From Rickettsiales bacterium (lineage in GTDB: Bacteria; Pseudomonadota; Alphaproteobacteria; Rickettsiales; JAJNBL01), in contig JAJNBL010000003.1 of NCBI GenBank assembly GCA_021156175.1, positions 49,675-113,674 on the forward strand: a stretch of 64,000 nt of DNA. Direction: 5' to 3'. Shown here piece by piece: positions 44,745 through 53,855 of the stretch. The notes under the pieces were generated by a model. The model was not told where the DNA came from. It worked only from the letters and a program-made list of their open reading frames with translations, and did no database searches. Position numbers and translations under genes: made by a program. Numbering within the stretch: position 1 is the first letter of the stretch; the number at the start of each line of letters is the position of its first letter.

Positions 44745-46751
44745 GTGGATCGGATGTCCTTATCTCTTGTGAATAATGCAGCATCAACAGACAAAGCGAA
44801 TACGGAACAGGCATTGGTCAGTGTGATCATGGTGTCGTATCAGACTGGGCCGATTCTTTGGCAGGCACTGGAGTCGGTACTCTCCCAAAGTTTTTTAAAA
44901 GAATTGGTGATTGTCGATAATGGGAATCCGTATGATATTACGGAACGCTTATGGTCGCTCTCTCGCCAGGATGCACGGGTAAAACTGCTGACGGGACATG
45001 GGAATATCGGCTTTGCTGCAGCGTGCAACAAGGGCGTCGAAAAAGCATCGGGAGATTATATTTTGCTCCTGAATCCGGATTGTTTGATCAGTCCTGGTGC
45101 ACTAAAACGCGTTGTCGAAGCGCTTCAAGCTTCACCGGATTATTGGGTGGCGGGTGGTTCGATTACGAATGTCGATGGAACGGAACAAGCGGGTAGCCGC
45201 CGGAATATTCTGACGGCGAGTGTTGCGCTGGTGGAAAGCTTCAAACTCTATCGCTTTTTGCCAAATGCCTGGTTGCCGCGGATGAATTTTCATCATCGGC
45301 CAGCGCCCGATCGCCCGATCCAGGTGCCTGCAATTTCCGGTGCCTTTATGATGATGCCGCGCGAGATTTATTCCCGTGTGGGAAAAATGGATGAAGGGTA
45401 TTTTCTCCATGTAGAAGATCTGGATTTCTGCCTTTCGATCCAAAAAGCGGGCGGGAAAATCCTCCATGTGCCGGATGTGAAAGTAATTCATTATCGCAGC
45501 ACGAGCGATGTCTCCAATACCTTTATCGAGAAGCATAAAGCGGAAGGATTTATCCGCTATTTTCGCAAACATTTTGCGGATGCCTATTTCCCTGGATTTA
45601 TTCCGCTGATGAGTGTTGCTATTTATGCGCGTTATGCGGTGCGTGTGGCCTCGGATCGTTTAGCGCAATTGAATGTCCGTCGGTTTATCGCGAAACGTGC
45701 GCGCAAAGACCGTCCGTCAGAAGAAGTCCTACGCCAGCAATTTTTATCCAGTTGGCCGCAATTTGTGAACCAGTCTCCAACCTTTAACGGAGATAACCAC
45801 GCGCTTATTCGGGACAATGGCCCCGTGCTTTTAGGTGGCGGGACAGGGCAGGTGGGCTTAGCGATTTTGCGGCGGTTGCTTGCGTCGGATACTGAAACCA
45901 TCGGTTTATATCACTCCAAGGTGATTGATTTCTCGCATGAGAAACTGAAATGGATTTATGGCAATCTTCAATATCCCGATGGGGTTGATTTGCGTCGCCA
46001 TCAGCCAAAGACTTTGATTTATACCCCGGCATTGTGGTATCTCCCCGATCATTTGGAAAAATTTGCAGCGGCCGGAGTGAAGCGCCTGATATGTTTTAGT
46101 TCGACCTCGATCCAAGGCAAGGCCAATTCGCACAATGATTATGAGCGCGATTTGGTTTTGAAATTCCAAGAAGCGGAAGAAAAAGTCAGCCGCATGGCGG
46201 ATCGGTTGGGAATCGCTTGGACGATTTTCAGGCCTACCTTGATTTACGGAATAGGGTTTGACCGCAATATCAGCAGTATCGTGAAGTTCATCAAGACGTT
46301 TAACTTTTTCCCTGTCTACCAGGAAGCAAAAGGCTTGCGCCAGCCAGTGCATGCGGACGATCTTGCGAAGGCGGTGATTTCGGTGCTCAATAACCCTGCG
46401 ACCTTTGGCAAATGTTATACGCTTTGCGGTGCCGAGCAATTGACCTATTATGAGATGGTGGGACGTTTGTTTGATGCACTTAATATGCCTCGGCATATTG
46501 GCTCATTACAGCTTTTGCCCCATATGATTGATGCGTATTCCTTGCTTATGCGAGCGCCTGAAACTAACAGCGAAATCGCACGTCGGATGAACCATGATCT
46601 CGTGTTCGATGATACTGCTGCACGACAGGATTTTGGGTATCGTCCGCGTCCGTTTTTAAGTGCGGGCGTTCAAGATATCTTTCCGGATTTTTATCCTACC
46701 CAAGGGAAAAAATCGGACAATAATTTCTCTGCCTTTATTAAGACGGCGTGA
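44745..46751 (+). CDS. fusion protein: family-2 glycosyltransferase (N) + NAD-dependent epimerase/dehydratase-like Rossmann domain (C)
   Basis: GT2 blocks VSVIMVSYQ, VDNGN, GFAAACNKG, LLNPDC and HVEDLDFC are present. The C-terminal half has LLGGGTGQVGLAILRRLL. The start is GTG 44745 or ATG 44754. Confidence 0.8.
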   Translation: MDRMSLSLVNNAASTDKANTEQALVSVIMVSYQTGPILWQALESVLSQSFLKELVIVDNGNPYDITERLWSLSRQDARVKLLTGHGNIGFAAACNKGVEKASGDYILLLNPDCLISPGALKRVVEALQASPDYWVAGGSITNVDGTEQAGSRRNILTASVALVESFKLYRFLPNAWLPRMNFHHRPAPDRPIQVPAISGAFMMMPREIYSRVGKMDEGYFLHVEDLDFCLSIQKAGGKILHVPDVKVIHYRSTSDVSNTFIEKHKAEGFIRYFRKHFADAYFPGFIPLMSVAIYARYAVRVASDRLAQLNVRRFIAKRARKDRPSEEVLRQQFLSSWPQFVNQSPTFNGDNHALIRDNGPVLLGGGTGQVGLAILRRLLASDTETIGLYHSKVIDFSHEKLKWIYGNLQYPDGVDLRRHQPKTLIYTPALWYLPDHLEKFAAAGVKRLICFSSTSIQGKANSHNDYERDLVLKFQEAEEKVSRMADRLGIAWTIFRPTLIYGIGFDRNISSIVKFIKTFNFFPVYQEAKGLRQPVHADDLAKAVISVLNNPATFGKCYTLCGAEQLTYYEMVGRLFDALNMPRHIGSLQLLPHMIDAYSLLMRAPETNSEIARRMNHDLVFDDTAARQDFGYRPRPFLSAGVQDIFPDFYPTQGKKSDNNFSAFIKTA

Positions 46752-48004
46752 GGAATGTTTTTATCATGCATCCTGTTTTTCGAAGACTGAGTTTTCCTGT
46801 TTCCTTGTTGTTGGGGCTGCTGATTAATGTCCTGCTGGTCATAGGAGCGTACCATTTTCTGCCGCGCGCTTCCTGGATTGAAAATGAGGTAAAGGAACTC
46901 AGTGCTGCATCGGGGGTGCCGCTGAAGTGGCATGTGACAGAAGCGGGAATCAATAGGCTCAACGCAGAAAATATCGAAGTGGGTGAGCCTCCCTACCTCC
47001 GGCTTGATACTATTGAGATCACGCGCGAAGACACAAATTTACATATCAAAGCGATGTCGGGAGAAATGCAAATCCTTGCACAAGTGCCACTGCTTTCCTA
47101 TGAAACGGATGGGATAAAAGTCGATATTCCGGAAGTAACGTTCATGACCGGTGCGATGCAGCCGGATCGGATTATTCCCTTGCTGCATCGCACTCTACAA
47201 GGCGTGGGAGGAAGCATTAAAGCTTCCGGTATCGTGTGGTTGACGTCGGAAGGGAAGGTCACCACCAACATGGAAGTCGCGTTGCGCAGTATATCCGGCG
47301 AGATGCAGGGAAATGTGTTTGAAGGAGTGGATGGGGATATCCGTCTTCGTCAGCTTTGGCCACCACAAACCGAACCCAAACAGGAAATCCGCATTGCGCA
47401 TTTAGAATCCGGCTTACCGCTTGATAAAGGTATCATCATCTTTTCGCTAGAGCATCCGAAACTGATGCTGGATTCCATGCAGTGGCAATGGGGCGATGGG
47501 CTGCTCGAGACGAAAAATGTTGCGCTTGATTTTGATCATCTGGACGATATCGCTTTTACGTTCACGGTGAAAAATATTCCGCTGCAAGAGATTGTACAAC
47601 TCGATAGTAGCGAATTTTATTCCGACGGTGCGATCAGTGGAAAAATTCCTGTTCATATCAAGCAAGGAAAGGTGATTATTAAAAACGGCATACTCGAAAC
47701 GCCTTTAGCGGGGATCATTCGTTATAATCCCACGACCTTCCCAGGCATGGATAACCCGCATGTGGCGCTGGTGTTTTCGGTGCTCCAGAATTTCTTTTAT
47801 CAGCGCGTAAAGATTACCCTCAACAGTGACGAGGCTGGAATCGTGAAAGCACATATGGCGCTTTCGGGTAAAAACCCGGATGTGTATGCGGGAAGGCAGG
47901 TCGATTTAAACATTCGGTTGGAGGGAAACATTTTTGACTTGCTAAAGTCGGGGATGGATACCTATAATCTCCCCGATAAGATTATTCAAGGATTAGGATT
48001 ATGA
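46748..48004 (+). CDS. ydbH: YdbH-like (AsmA-family) protein, short form
   Basis: An N-terminal TM anchor is present and the gene lies directly upstream of ynbE-ydbL, as in the E. coli ydbH-ynbE-ydbL operon. It is only 418 aa. Confidence 0.65.
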   Translation: MRNVFIMHPVFRRLSFPVSLLLGLLINVLLVIGAYHFLPRASWIENEVKELSAASGVPLKWHVTEAGINRLNAENIEVGEPPYLRLDTIEITREDTNLHIKAMSGEMQILAQVPLLSYETDGIKVDIPEVTFMTGAMQPDRIIPLLHRTLQGVGGSIKASGIVWLTSEGKVTTNMEVALRSISGEMQGNVFEGVDGDIRLRQLWPPQTEPKQEIRIAHLESGLPLDKGIIIFSLEHPKLMLDSMQWQWGDGLLETKNVALDFDHLDDIAFTFTVKNIPLQEIVQLDSSEFYSDGAISGKIPVHIKQGKVIIKNGILETPLAGIIRYNPTTFPGMDNPHVALVFSVLQNFFYQRVKITLNSDEAGIVKAHMALSGKNPDVYAGRQVDLNIRLEGNIFDLLKSGMDTYNLPDKIIQGLGL

Positions 48005-48183
48005 TGCGTTCGCTTTACCTACTGCCAGTGCTTATGCTGGTTGCTGCTTGTACTCCTACAGTAAAAGTCGAAGCGCCGGATAAGCCGATCGTAATCGACC
48101 TCAATGTAAAAATTGAGCATAAAGTAAAAGTGGAAATTGACCGTGACCTCGATAAGGTCATGAAAGACGATAACCTGTTCTAA
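48001..48183 (+). CDS. ynbE: YnbE-family lipoprotein
   Basis: 60 aa with lipobox LVAAC. The sequence TPTVKVEAPDKPIVIDLNVKIEHKV matches the YnbE pattern. Confidence 0.85.
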   Translation: MMRSLYLLPVLMLVAACTPTVKVEAPDKPIVIDLNVKIEHKVKVEIDRDLDKVMKDDNLF

Positions 48184-48194
48184 TAGGAGTATTT

Positions 48195-48533
48195 ATGATA
48201 TCGAAACTGAAATTGGCTGGCCTTGCCGTTGCTCTGATGCTCTTGGCGCCTGCGGCATACGCGATTGATATTGACTCTGCGAAAGCGAAAGGTTTGGTGG
48301 GCGAGCGTCCAGATGGTTATTTAGGGGCCGTATCTTCCTCTGCCGATGCAGAAACGAAAGCGCTGGTGGAAGAAATCAACACGAAACGCCGTGCGAAATA
48401 TCAGCAAGTGTCTCAAGAAAATAATCAGCAACTGCGCGTCGTAGAGAAAGTTGCGGGTGAGAAGGCGATTAAAGAGCACGTATCTCCAGGTGAATACTAT
48501 ATGGATGCGTCTGGTAAGTGGGTGAAGAAATAG
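48195..48533 (+). CDS. ydbL: YdbL-family protein (DUF1318)
   Basis: A signal peptide plus GLVGERPDGYLG...INTKRRAKYQQVSQENN...PGEYYMDASGKWVKK are present. Confidence 0.85.
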   Translation: MISKLKLAGLAVALMLLAPAAYAIDIDSAKAKGLVGERPDGYLGAVSSSADAETKALVEEINTKRRAKYQQVSQENNQQLRVVEKVAGEKAIKEHVSPGEYYMDASGKWVKK

Positions 48534-48535
48534 CT

Positions 48536-48913
48536 TTACCAAGCATCCAGGTGATGCTCCATGCGGAAGCGTTTCCCCACTGTTGCAAGATCAAATCGGC
48601 AGTCTTTTCCATTTAAATGTGGGAAGCGGGCGAGGAAATAATTTCCCGCCTGGCGAATCCGTTGTTGCTGGTGGGATGTCAGCACTTCGTGAAGTGTCTG
48701 CTCATTACGGCGGGCTTTCACTTCAATAAAAATGAGGGTGTCACGCTTCCTGGCAATGAGATCAATCTCGCCGACCGGTGTTTTGTATCGCCGAAAAAGA
48801 ATCCGATAGCCCTTTAGCACTAGCCGAAAAATCACCCAATATTCCGCGAGAATGCCGAATCGGTAAGATTGATGTTTCTTGCTTCGATGTTTTGGCTCCC
48901 TTCTACCCATCAT
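48536..48913 (-). CDS. yraN: YraN-family endonuclease (UPF0102)
   Basis: The block GEIDLIARKRDTLIFIEVKAR is present. Confidence 0.85.
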   Translation of the reverse strand: MMGRREPKHRSKKHQSYRFGILAEYWVIFRLVLKGYRILFRRYKTPVGEIDLIARKRDTLIFIEVKARRNEQTLHEVLTSHQQQRIRQAGNYFLARFPHLNGKDCRFDLATVGKRFRMEHHLDAW

Positions 48914-49792
48914 TTATTCTTTCTTCTTTAACTCGAGCGCGCGTGCGTAAATCACTTTCTTGGGCTGTTGGGTCAGCGATGCGACATGCGCTGCGGCATC
49001 TTTCAGGCTCATCTGCTCCATCGCTTTTAAGAGCAAGCTATCGACTTCTTCCTCATTAAGCACGAGAGGTTTGGCTGGCTCAATGATAATCACGATTTCG
49101 CCTTTCACTTCTTCGCGGCTGCCGAAAATCGCAACTAATTCTTCCAGCGTGCCAGGACGGACTTCTTCATAGGTTTTGGTGAGTTCGCGCAAGACCGTTG
49201 CTTGTCTGCTTGGCCCCAATACCGCAACCATATCTTCTAAACTTTCTACCAACCGACGTGGCGATTCAAAGTAAATAAGTGTCACGGGCCAGCCGGCAAC
49301 TTCTTCAAGCTGTGTACGGCGTGCACCGGATTTATTTGCAAGGAATCCTTCAAACAAAAATCGATCGGTGGGAAGACCTGCAAGCGTGAGTGCGGTCATC
49401 ACCGACGAAGCGCCGGGTAATGAAGTCACGGGATAGCCTGCGGCTTGTGCTTCGCGGACGAGTTTATAACCCGGATCCGAAATTAGCGGCGTTCCTGCAT
49501 CGCTGACGAGTGCAACAGAGCGACCTTCGGCCAAGTGCCAAAGGATCGTTTGCAATTCGCGATCTGAGCTGTGATCGTGATACGGAATCATCCGGCCTTT
49601 GATGCCGTGATGGCGCAAAAGTTTATCAGTCATGCGTGTATCTTCGCAGGCAATGACTTCTACGGCAGTCAATACTTCAAGCGCGCGTAAAGTAATATCC
49701 TTAGGATTTCCAATGGGAACGGCGACGATATAAAGCCCAAGAGGGAGTTTACTTCTTGGGGCGTTTGCGTTAGAGTGACCCTCGATGTCCAT
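48914..49792 (-). CDS. rsmI: 16S rRNA (cytidine1402-2'-O)-methyltransferase
   Basis: Start taken at ATG 49792. The blocks LYIVAVPIGNPKDITLRALEVL and SDAGTPLISDPGYKLV are present. Confidence 0.9.
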   Translation of the reverse strand: MDIEGHSNANAPRSKLPLGLYIVAVPIGNPKDITLRALEVLTAVEVIACEDTRMTDKLLRHHGIKGRMIPYHDHSSDRELQTILWHLAEGRSVALVSDAGTPLISDPGYKLVREAQAAGYPVTSLPGASSVMTALTLAGLPTDRFLFEGFLANKSGARRTQLEEVAGWPVTLIYFESPRRLVESLEDMVAVLGPSRQATVLRELTKTYEEVRPGTLEELVAIFGSREEVKGEIVIIIEPAKPLVLNEEEVDSLLLKAMEQMSLKDAAAHVASLTQQPKKVIYARALELKKKE

Positions 49793-49850
49793 GAATGCTA
49801 GATCTCCCATAAAGAGCGCGAAAAACTTACTATACGAAACAGAGGTACAA

Positions 49851-51191
49851 ATGCAACCCGTAACAGCACGTCGTTTTCTTTCCTTCTTCTTATGCGCTGC
49901 GGTGATCCTGCTCATGAACGCTTGCGGTGGGACGGATATCAGCAGTCCTGGAAAGCCTGTCGCGCTAACCCAACAAACGATTCCCGCTTCGGGCGATTAC
50001 TCTTCTCCTCCGTCAGGAGATGTTACAAGCAGTGCAGCATTAAGTTCGCTCAATTTCCAGGGTAAGCCTGTAAAAGTCGCGATCCTCTTGCCGCTTTCGG
50101 GGGCTTATTCTGAGATCGGAAAAGCGATGCTCGATGCCGCGCAACTTGCGTTATTTGATATCAATGTACCGAATCTTTCATTAATGCCGATTGATACCAA
50201 AGGAACGGCATTAGGTGCTACGCGTGCGGTGAAGCAGGCGATTGATAATGAAGCAAAGCTGATTCTTGGTCCGCTCTTTAGTAACGAAGCGAAGGCCGTG
50301 GCGCCGATTGCGTATGAAAAAGATATCAACGTTATCTCCTTCTCGAACGATGAATCACTCACAGGGCAGGGGATTTTCTTGCTCGGGCATGCGCCAAAAG
50401 AGCAGGTAAAGCGTATCACCGATTATGCGCTTGAGCAGAATATCTTCTTCTTTGCTGCATTGACGCCAAACGATACCTATGGTGCGATGGTGGCGCGTGC
50501 GCTGCGTGATGAAGTGCAAGGGAAGGGGCATGTGACCAAAACAGATTTCTATATGCCAACGAAAGCCTCCATTGGCGAAAATGTCCAACGCACGGTGAGC
50601 TCGCTTGCTCGGATTTCTAAGCGTCAGCTTAAAGATTGGGACTCTTCAAAAAACAAAAAAGCGGCGGACGGCACGGCTGCTCCTGTTGCAGGAGAAGAAG
50701 TTGCAGGGCCGGATGGTAAAGGGTTGTTGATCCCAGAAGGCGGTGCAAAACTCGAGCAATTGCTGCGTCCGTTGACTTTATATAATTTACGTGCGAGTGG
50801 CATTCGTTTGCTGGGGACTGGTCAATGGGAAGAGGCGAATGTAGAAAATCGTGAGATGCTAGAGGGCGCGTGGTTTGCGAGCACACCATCTTCGCAGCGG
50901 CAACGCTATGAAGGGCATTTTAAGGAAGTGTATAGCTACACACCGCCGAGAATCAGCAGCCTTGCTTATGATGCGGTTGCGCTTTCTGCGGCATTAGCAA
51001 CAGTTCCAGGTTCTCCGGATTTCAGCCATGTGGCACTGACGACTAAGCGTGGATTTGTGGGGGTGGATGGTATTTTCCGCCTGGATGCAAATGGTGTGAC
51101 CGAGCGGGGTCTGGCAATTATGGAAATTACACCGGAAGGAACGAGAGTTATTGATCCTGCGCCGACGAGTTTCTTAGATGTGCGTCGATAA
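49851..51191 (+). CDS. LpoA/LppC-like periplasmic-binding-fold lipoprotein (penicillin-binding-protein-activator family)
   Basis: Start taken at ATG 49851. Lipobox LLMNAC and VKVAILLPLSGAYSEIGKAMLDAAQLAL are present. The gene is divergent from rsmI, as lpoA is in E. coli. Confidence 0.7.
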   Translation: MQPVTARRFLSFFLCAAVILLMNACGGTDISSPGKPVALTQQTIPASGDYSSPPSGDVTSSAALSSLNFQGKPVKVAILLPLSGAYSEIGKAMLDAAQLALFDINVPNLSLMPIDTKGTALGATRAVKQAIDNEAKLILGPLFSNEAKAVAPIAYEKDINVISFSNDESLTGQGIFLLGHAPKEQVKRITDYALEQNIFFFAALTPNDTYGAMVARALRDEVQGKGHVTKTDFYMPTKASIGENVQRTVSSLARISKRQLKDWDSSKNKKAADGTAAPVAGEEVAGPDGKGLLIPEGGAKLEQLLRPLTLYNLRASGIRLLGTGQWEEANVENREMLEGAWFASTPSSQRQRYEGHFKEVYSYTPPRISSLAYDAVALSAALATVPGSPDFSHVALTTKRGFVGVDGIFRLDANGVTERGLAIMEITPEGTRVIDPAPTSFLDVRR

Positions 51192-51284
51192 TTAAAGTTA
51201 GGACATACTTACTTTTATTAACCCAATTTTAGTCTGTTTGCTTTATTCATCGATAGAGTAATAGTAGGGTGTAAAAGGTGTTCT

Positions 51285-51812
51285 ATGTTCCGGCGTTTTT
51301 TCTCAAAAGGGGAAGCACACCAGAATGTTACGATTCTCAAGGTCGCGGCTCCTGTCCGCACGTCCATTGATATTTTTAATGTTGCACTGGATAAATGGGA
51401 GAAGGATAAAGATCCTCTCGCGCCGGTATGGCTGAATTATGGTACTCCCGAGGCCGCCCAGGAAGGCTTAAAAGAGCTTCGTCGGGAGCACCAATTATCC
51501 GATATTCAGACGCTTGCTTCGGTGGTTATTGTTTCCGGAGAGGATGGGCGAAAATTAATCTCCGCCATTCGCAGGCTCCAGAGCAACTACCATCTCGAAC
51601 ATTTGGCGTATCAAAGTGTGAAACGTCATCTTAAAAAATCCAAAAAGAAGAATGGTCTAATAGCGGTCGAATATCCTTCGGAATCCGATGCAATTGCGGG
51701 AAAACGTACGCTTGCCCATCGTTATGGTATGTATGATATCTTACGCCAGGATCATACCTTATTGTTTACCGTCCAGAATGCTAAGCTTTTGCTTGCATCC
51801 CATGGCTCCTAG
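51285..51812 (+). CDS. hypothetical protein (175 aa)
   Basis: ORF only. Confidence 0.45.
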   Translation: MFRRFFSKGEAHQNVTILKVAAPVRTSIDIFNVALDKWEKDKDPLAPVWLNYGTPEAAQEGLKELRREHQLSDIQTLASVVIVSGEDGRKLISAIRRLQSNYHLEHLAYQSVKRHLKKSKKKNGLIAVEYPSESDAIAGKRTLAHRYGMYDILRQDHTLLFTVQNAKLLLASHGS

Positions 51813-52260
51813 TGCGAGCGCTTCCCTTCTTCCGATAATTTGCCAAAGCCTCCAGCCCCCGTTCCAGCGGTGCAATATGCAAGGGAGATTTGAGATGGAT
51901 GCAGACATCGCTGACCGTTTTTTCTACCCCTTCTTCTTTCAAAATACGACACAGTAGCAAATATTCCCGATTTCGCGCGGCAAGCCATAAGGGATCATAA
52001 GGAGAAGACGAGCTCCCTGCGATATGTTCCGCATTATAGGCTTGTACGCGTGGAACACCAAATCGTAGGCTATAAAGCCAGCGAAGCCGCATGCCTGCTT
52101 GATGTTGAGTGCTGCTAATCAACCCTTTATGATGTAGAAAATCCAGTGGTTCAGCGGTGATATGCTGCGTGCGCTTTTCTTGCAATTCGGGTGTGCCTAA
52201 GTCGCGTGAAGCACGACGCAAGCAAGGGCGCCCGCGTTTACGGTGTAGCATCATAGTCAT
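51781..52260 (-). CDS. hypothetical basic protein (159 aa)
   Basis: ORF. The motif EPLDFLHHKGLISSTQHQAGMRLRWLY..PRVQAYN loosely recalls proteins of alphaproteobacterial mobile elements. That is recollection only, not verified. Confidence 0.45.
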   Translation of the reverse strand: MTMMLHRKRGRPCLRRASRDLGTPELQEKRTQHITAEPLDFLHHKGLISSTQHQAGMRLRWLYSLRFGVPRVQAYNAEHIAGSSSSPYDPLWLAARNREYLLLCRILKEEGVEKTVSDVCIHLKSPLHIAPLERGLEALANYRKKGSARTRSHGMQAKA

Positions 52261-52314
52261 TCCTCCTTGAATAATCGTGAATTCCCCTCCCGTTGGATTG
52301 GGAGGGGGAAGCGT

Positions 52315-52743
52315 TTACATTATATGGGTACTCATCGCGCGCGAAGCAGAAGAGGGAAGAGGGGAGTGGTTTGATATGTGTTGAGAGTTCGTTGTCCTTG
52401 TAAGAGGTCGCCGCCGCCCGATGTAAGATTTTTTTCGATATTCTGTCTTATCAGAAACGCGCTTTCTCCAAGAACGTGTATCTTTTAGTGCACGCTCAGT
52501 ACGTTGGATCACATAGTGAGGGTTGAGATCCGCCAGCGCACATACGACGAGGAAATCTGAAGACGTTCCAGAAAGCCATGCTTTTGCACGTCCGCGTTCG
52601 ACCTGATCCCGAGATTTGGATGAGGCGGAAGTCGCATCAAGTACGGCTTGTGCAATGACGGCACGCCACAAAGCGCGTTCGCCACAAAAACTTTCCGTAG
52701 ATTCATCAATCACGTGACCTAATTCTATAGTTGAATATTGCAT
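52315..52743 (-). CDS. hypothetical protein (142 aa)
   Basis: Start taken at ATG 52743. The motif is ERALWRAVIAQAVLDA...AKAWL...DFLVVCALADLNP. Confidence 0.45.
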   Translation of the reverse strand: MQYSTIELGHVIDESTESFCGERALWRAVIAQAVLDATSASSKSRDQVERGRAKAWLSGTSSDFLVVCALADLNPHYVIQRTERALKDTRSWRKRVSDKTEYRKKSYIGRRRPLTRTTNSQHISNHSPLPSSASRAMSTHIM

Positions 52744-53111
52744 CAATATACCCTTTTTGGTTGTACCTGATCCTATAAAAATAACAGCCTTCCTCCAAAA
52801 GCTGCTGAGAGTAGGGTTTGCTGCCCTGATGTGAATGGAAAATAACACTAATTATTTGGATTCAGCAAGCACTTTATGCAACTACTGATATAATTGTTGT
52901 TGTTATGTGTAATTATTGGTTGTTATTTGTGAAATATCCTAATGGTGTTAGGTTAAATAAGAAATGGAATGAGGCATGGAGATCAGAGACATAATTTCAT
53001 TGTAGCGGAGCGTGAGTATGGGGGGAAGTAGGAAAGTTAGGGGATGCTCGATACATTTACCCCCTGTTAACTTGTTTTCGGGCATAACAGTAATATAAAG
53101 AGGTACATATT

Positions 53112-53840
53112 ATGCGATTTTCCCGCTCCCAGAAGGGCTTTTCATTAATAGAGCTTGCTATCGCCCTTACGGTCATTGGCATACTTACAGCCGGAGCGCT
53201 TACAGGGCAGCGCATGATCGAGACGGCGAACCTTCGTTCGGTCATTACCGATCTTCAAGAATATCAAGGTGCTTTTAAAATATTTAAGACCCAATATGGA
53301 GCGTATCCGGGTGATATTAGCAACGCCCATTCTTATTGGGATAATGGTGCAAATACGGTATGTGGCACGGCGGCGCAATGCAATGGTGATAAAAATGGGA
53401 AAATCGAGTTAGGATCAGCGGATAATGATCGGGAAGTTCAGCGTGCATGGCAGCATCTTTCTCTCGCCCAGTTTATTGAAGGCCGATATAGTGGTTTGGG
53501 ACCTCGGTGCGCCGCGGGTTCTCAGCCAACGGGGCCGATTGATGGGTCTACCTATTTATTTGGTGTGGCGACGACTGCAGTTTTTGGAAAATATGGAAAT
53601 AGTATAGAATTTGCAGGAATTAGTTCCTGCGAAGGCCCCATCCTGATACCATCAGATGCAAAAGAGATCGACAAAAAAATCGATGATGGAGTTGCGAACA
53701 CAGGCTTACTCTTTGCAGTCGATGGAGTAGGACAGTCGGCAGCTGCCTGTTCGCAAGCTATCGGGCATGCAACCGGTGCCAACTATTCGACTTTGAGCGA
53801 TACGGCGAAGCGTTGCCGGTTGTACTTATGGCTGGAGTAG
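53112..53840 (+). CDS. prepilin-type N-terminal cleavage/methylation-domain protein (pilin/pseudopilin-like), orphan
   Basis: The N-terminus MRFSRSQKGFSLIELAIALTVIGILTAGAL is the class-III signal motif. Confidence 0.8.
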   Translation: MRFSRSQKGFSLIELAIALTVIGILTAGALTGQRMIETANLRSVITDLQEYQGAFKIFKTQYGAYPGDISNAHSYWDNGANTVCGTAAQCNGDKNGKIELGSADNDREVQRAWQHLSLAQFIEGRYSGLGPRCAAGSQPTGPIDGSTYLFGVATTAVFGKYGNSIEFAGISSCEGPILIPSDAKEIDKKIDDGVANTGLLFAVDGVGQSAAACSQAIGHATGANYSTLSDTAKRCRLYLWLE

Positions 53841-53855
53841 TAGAGCGTTTTTGCT

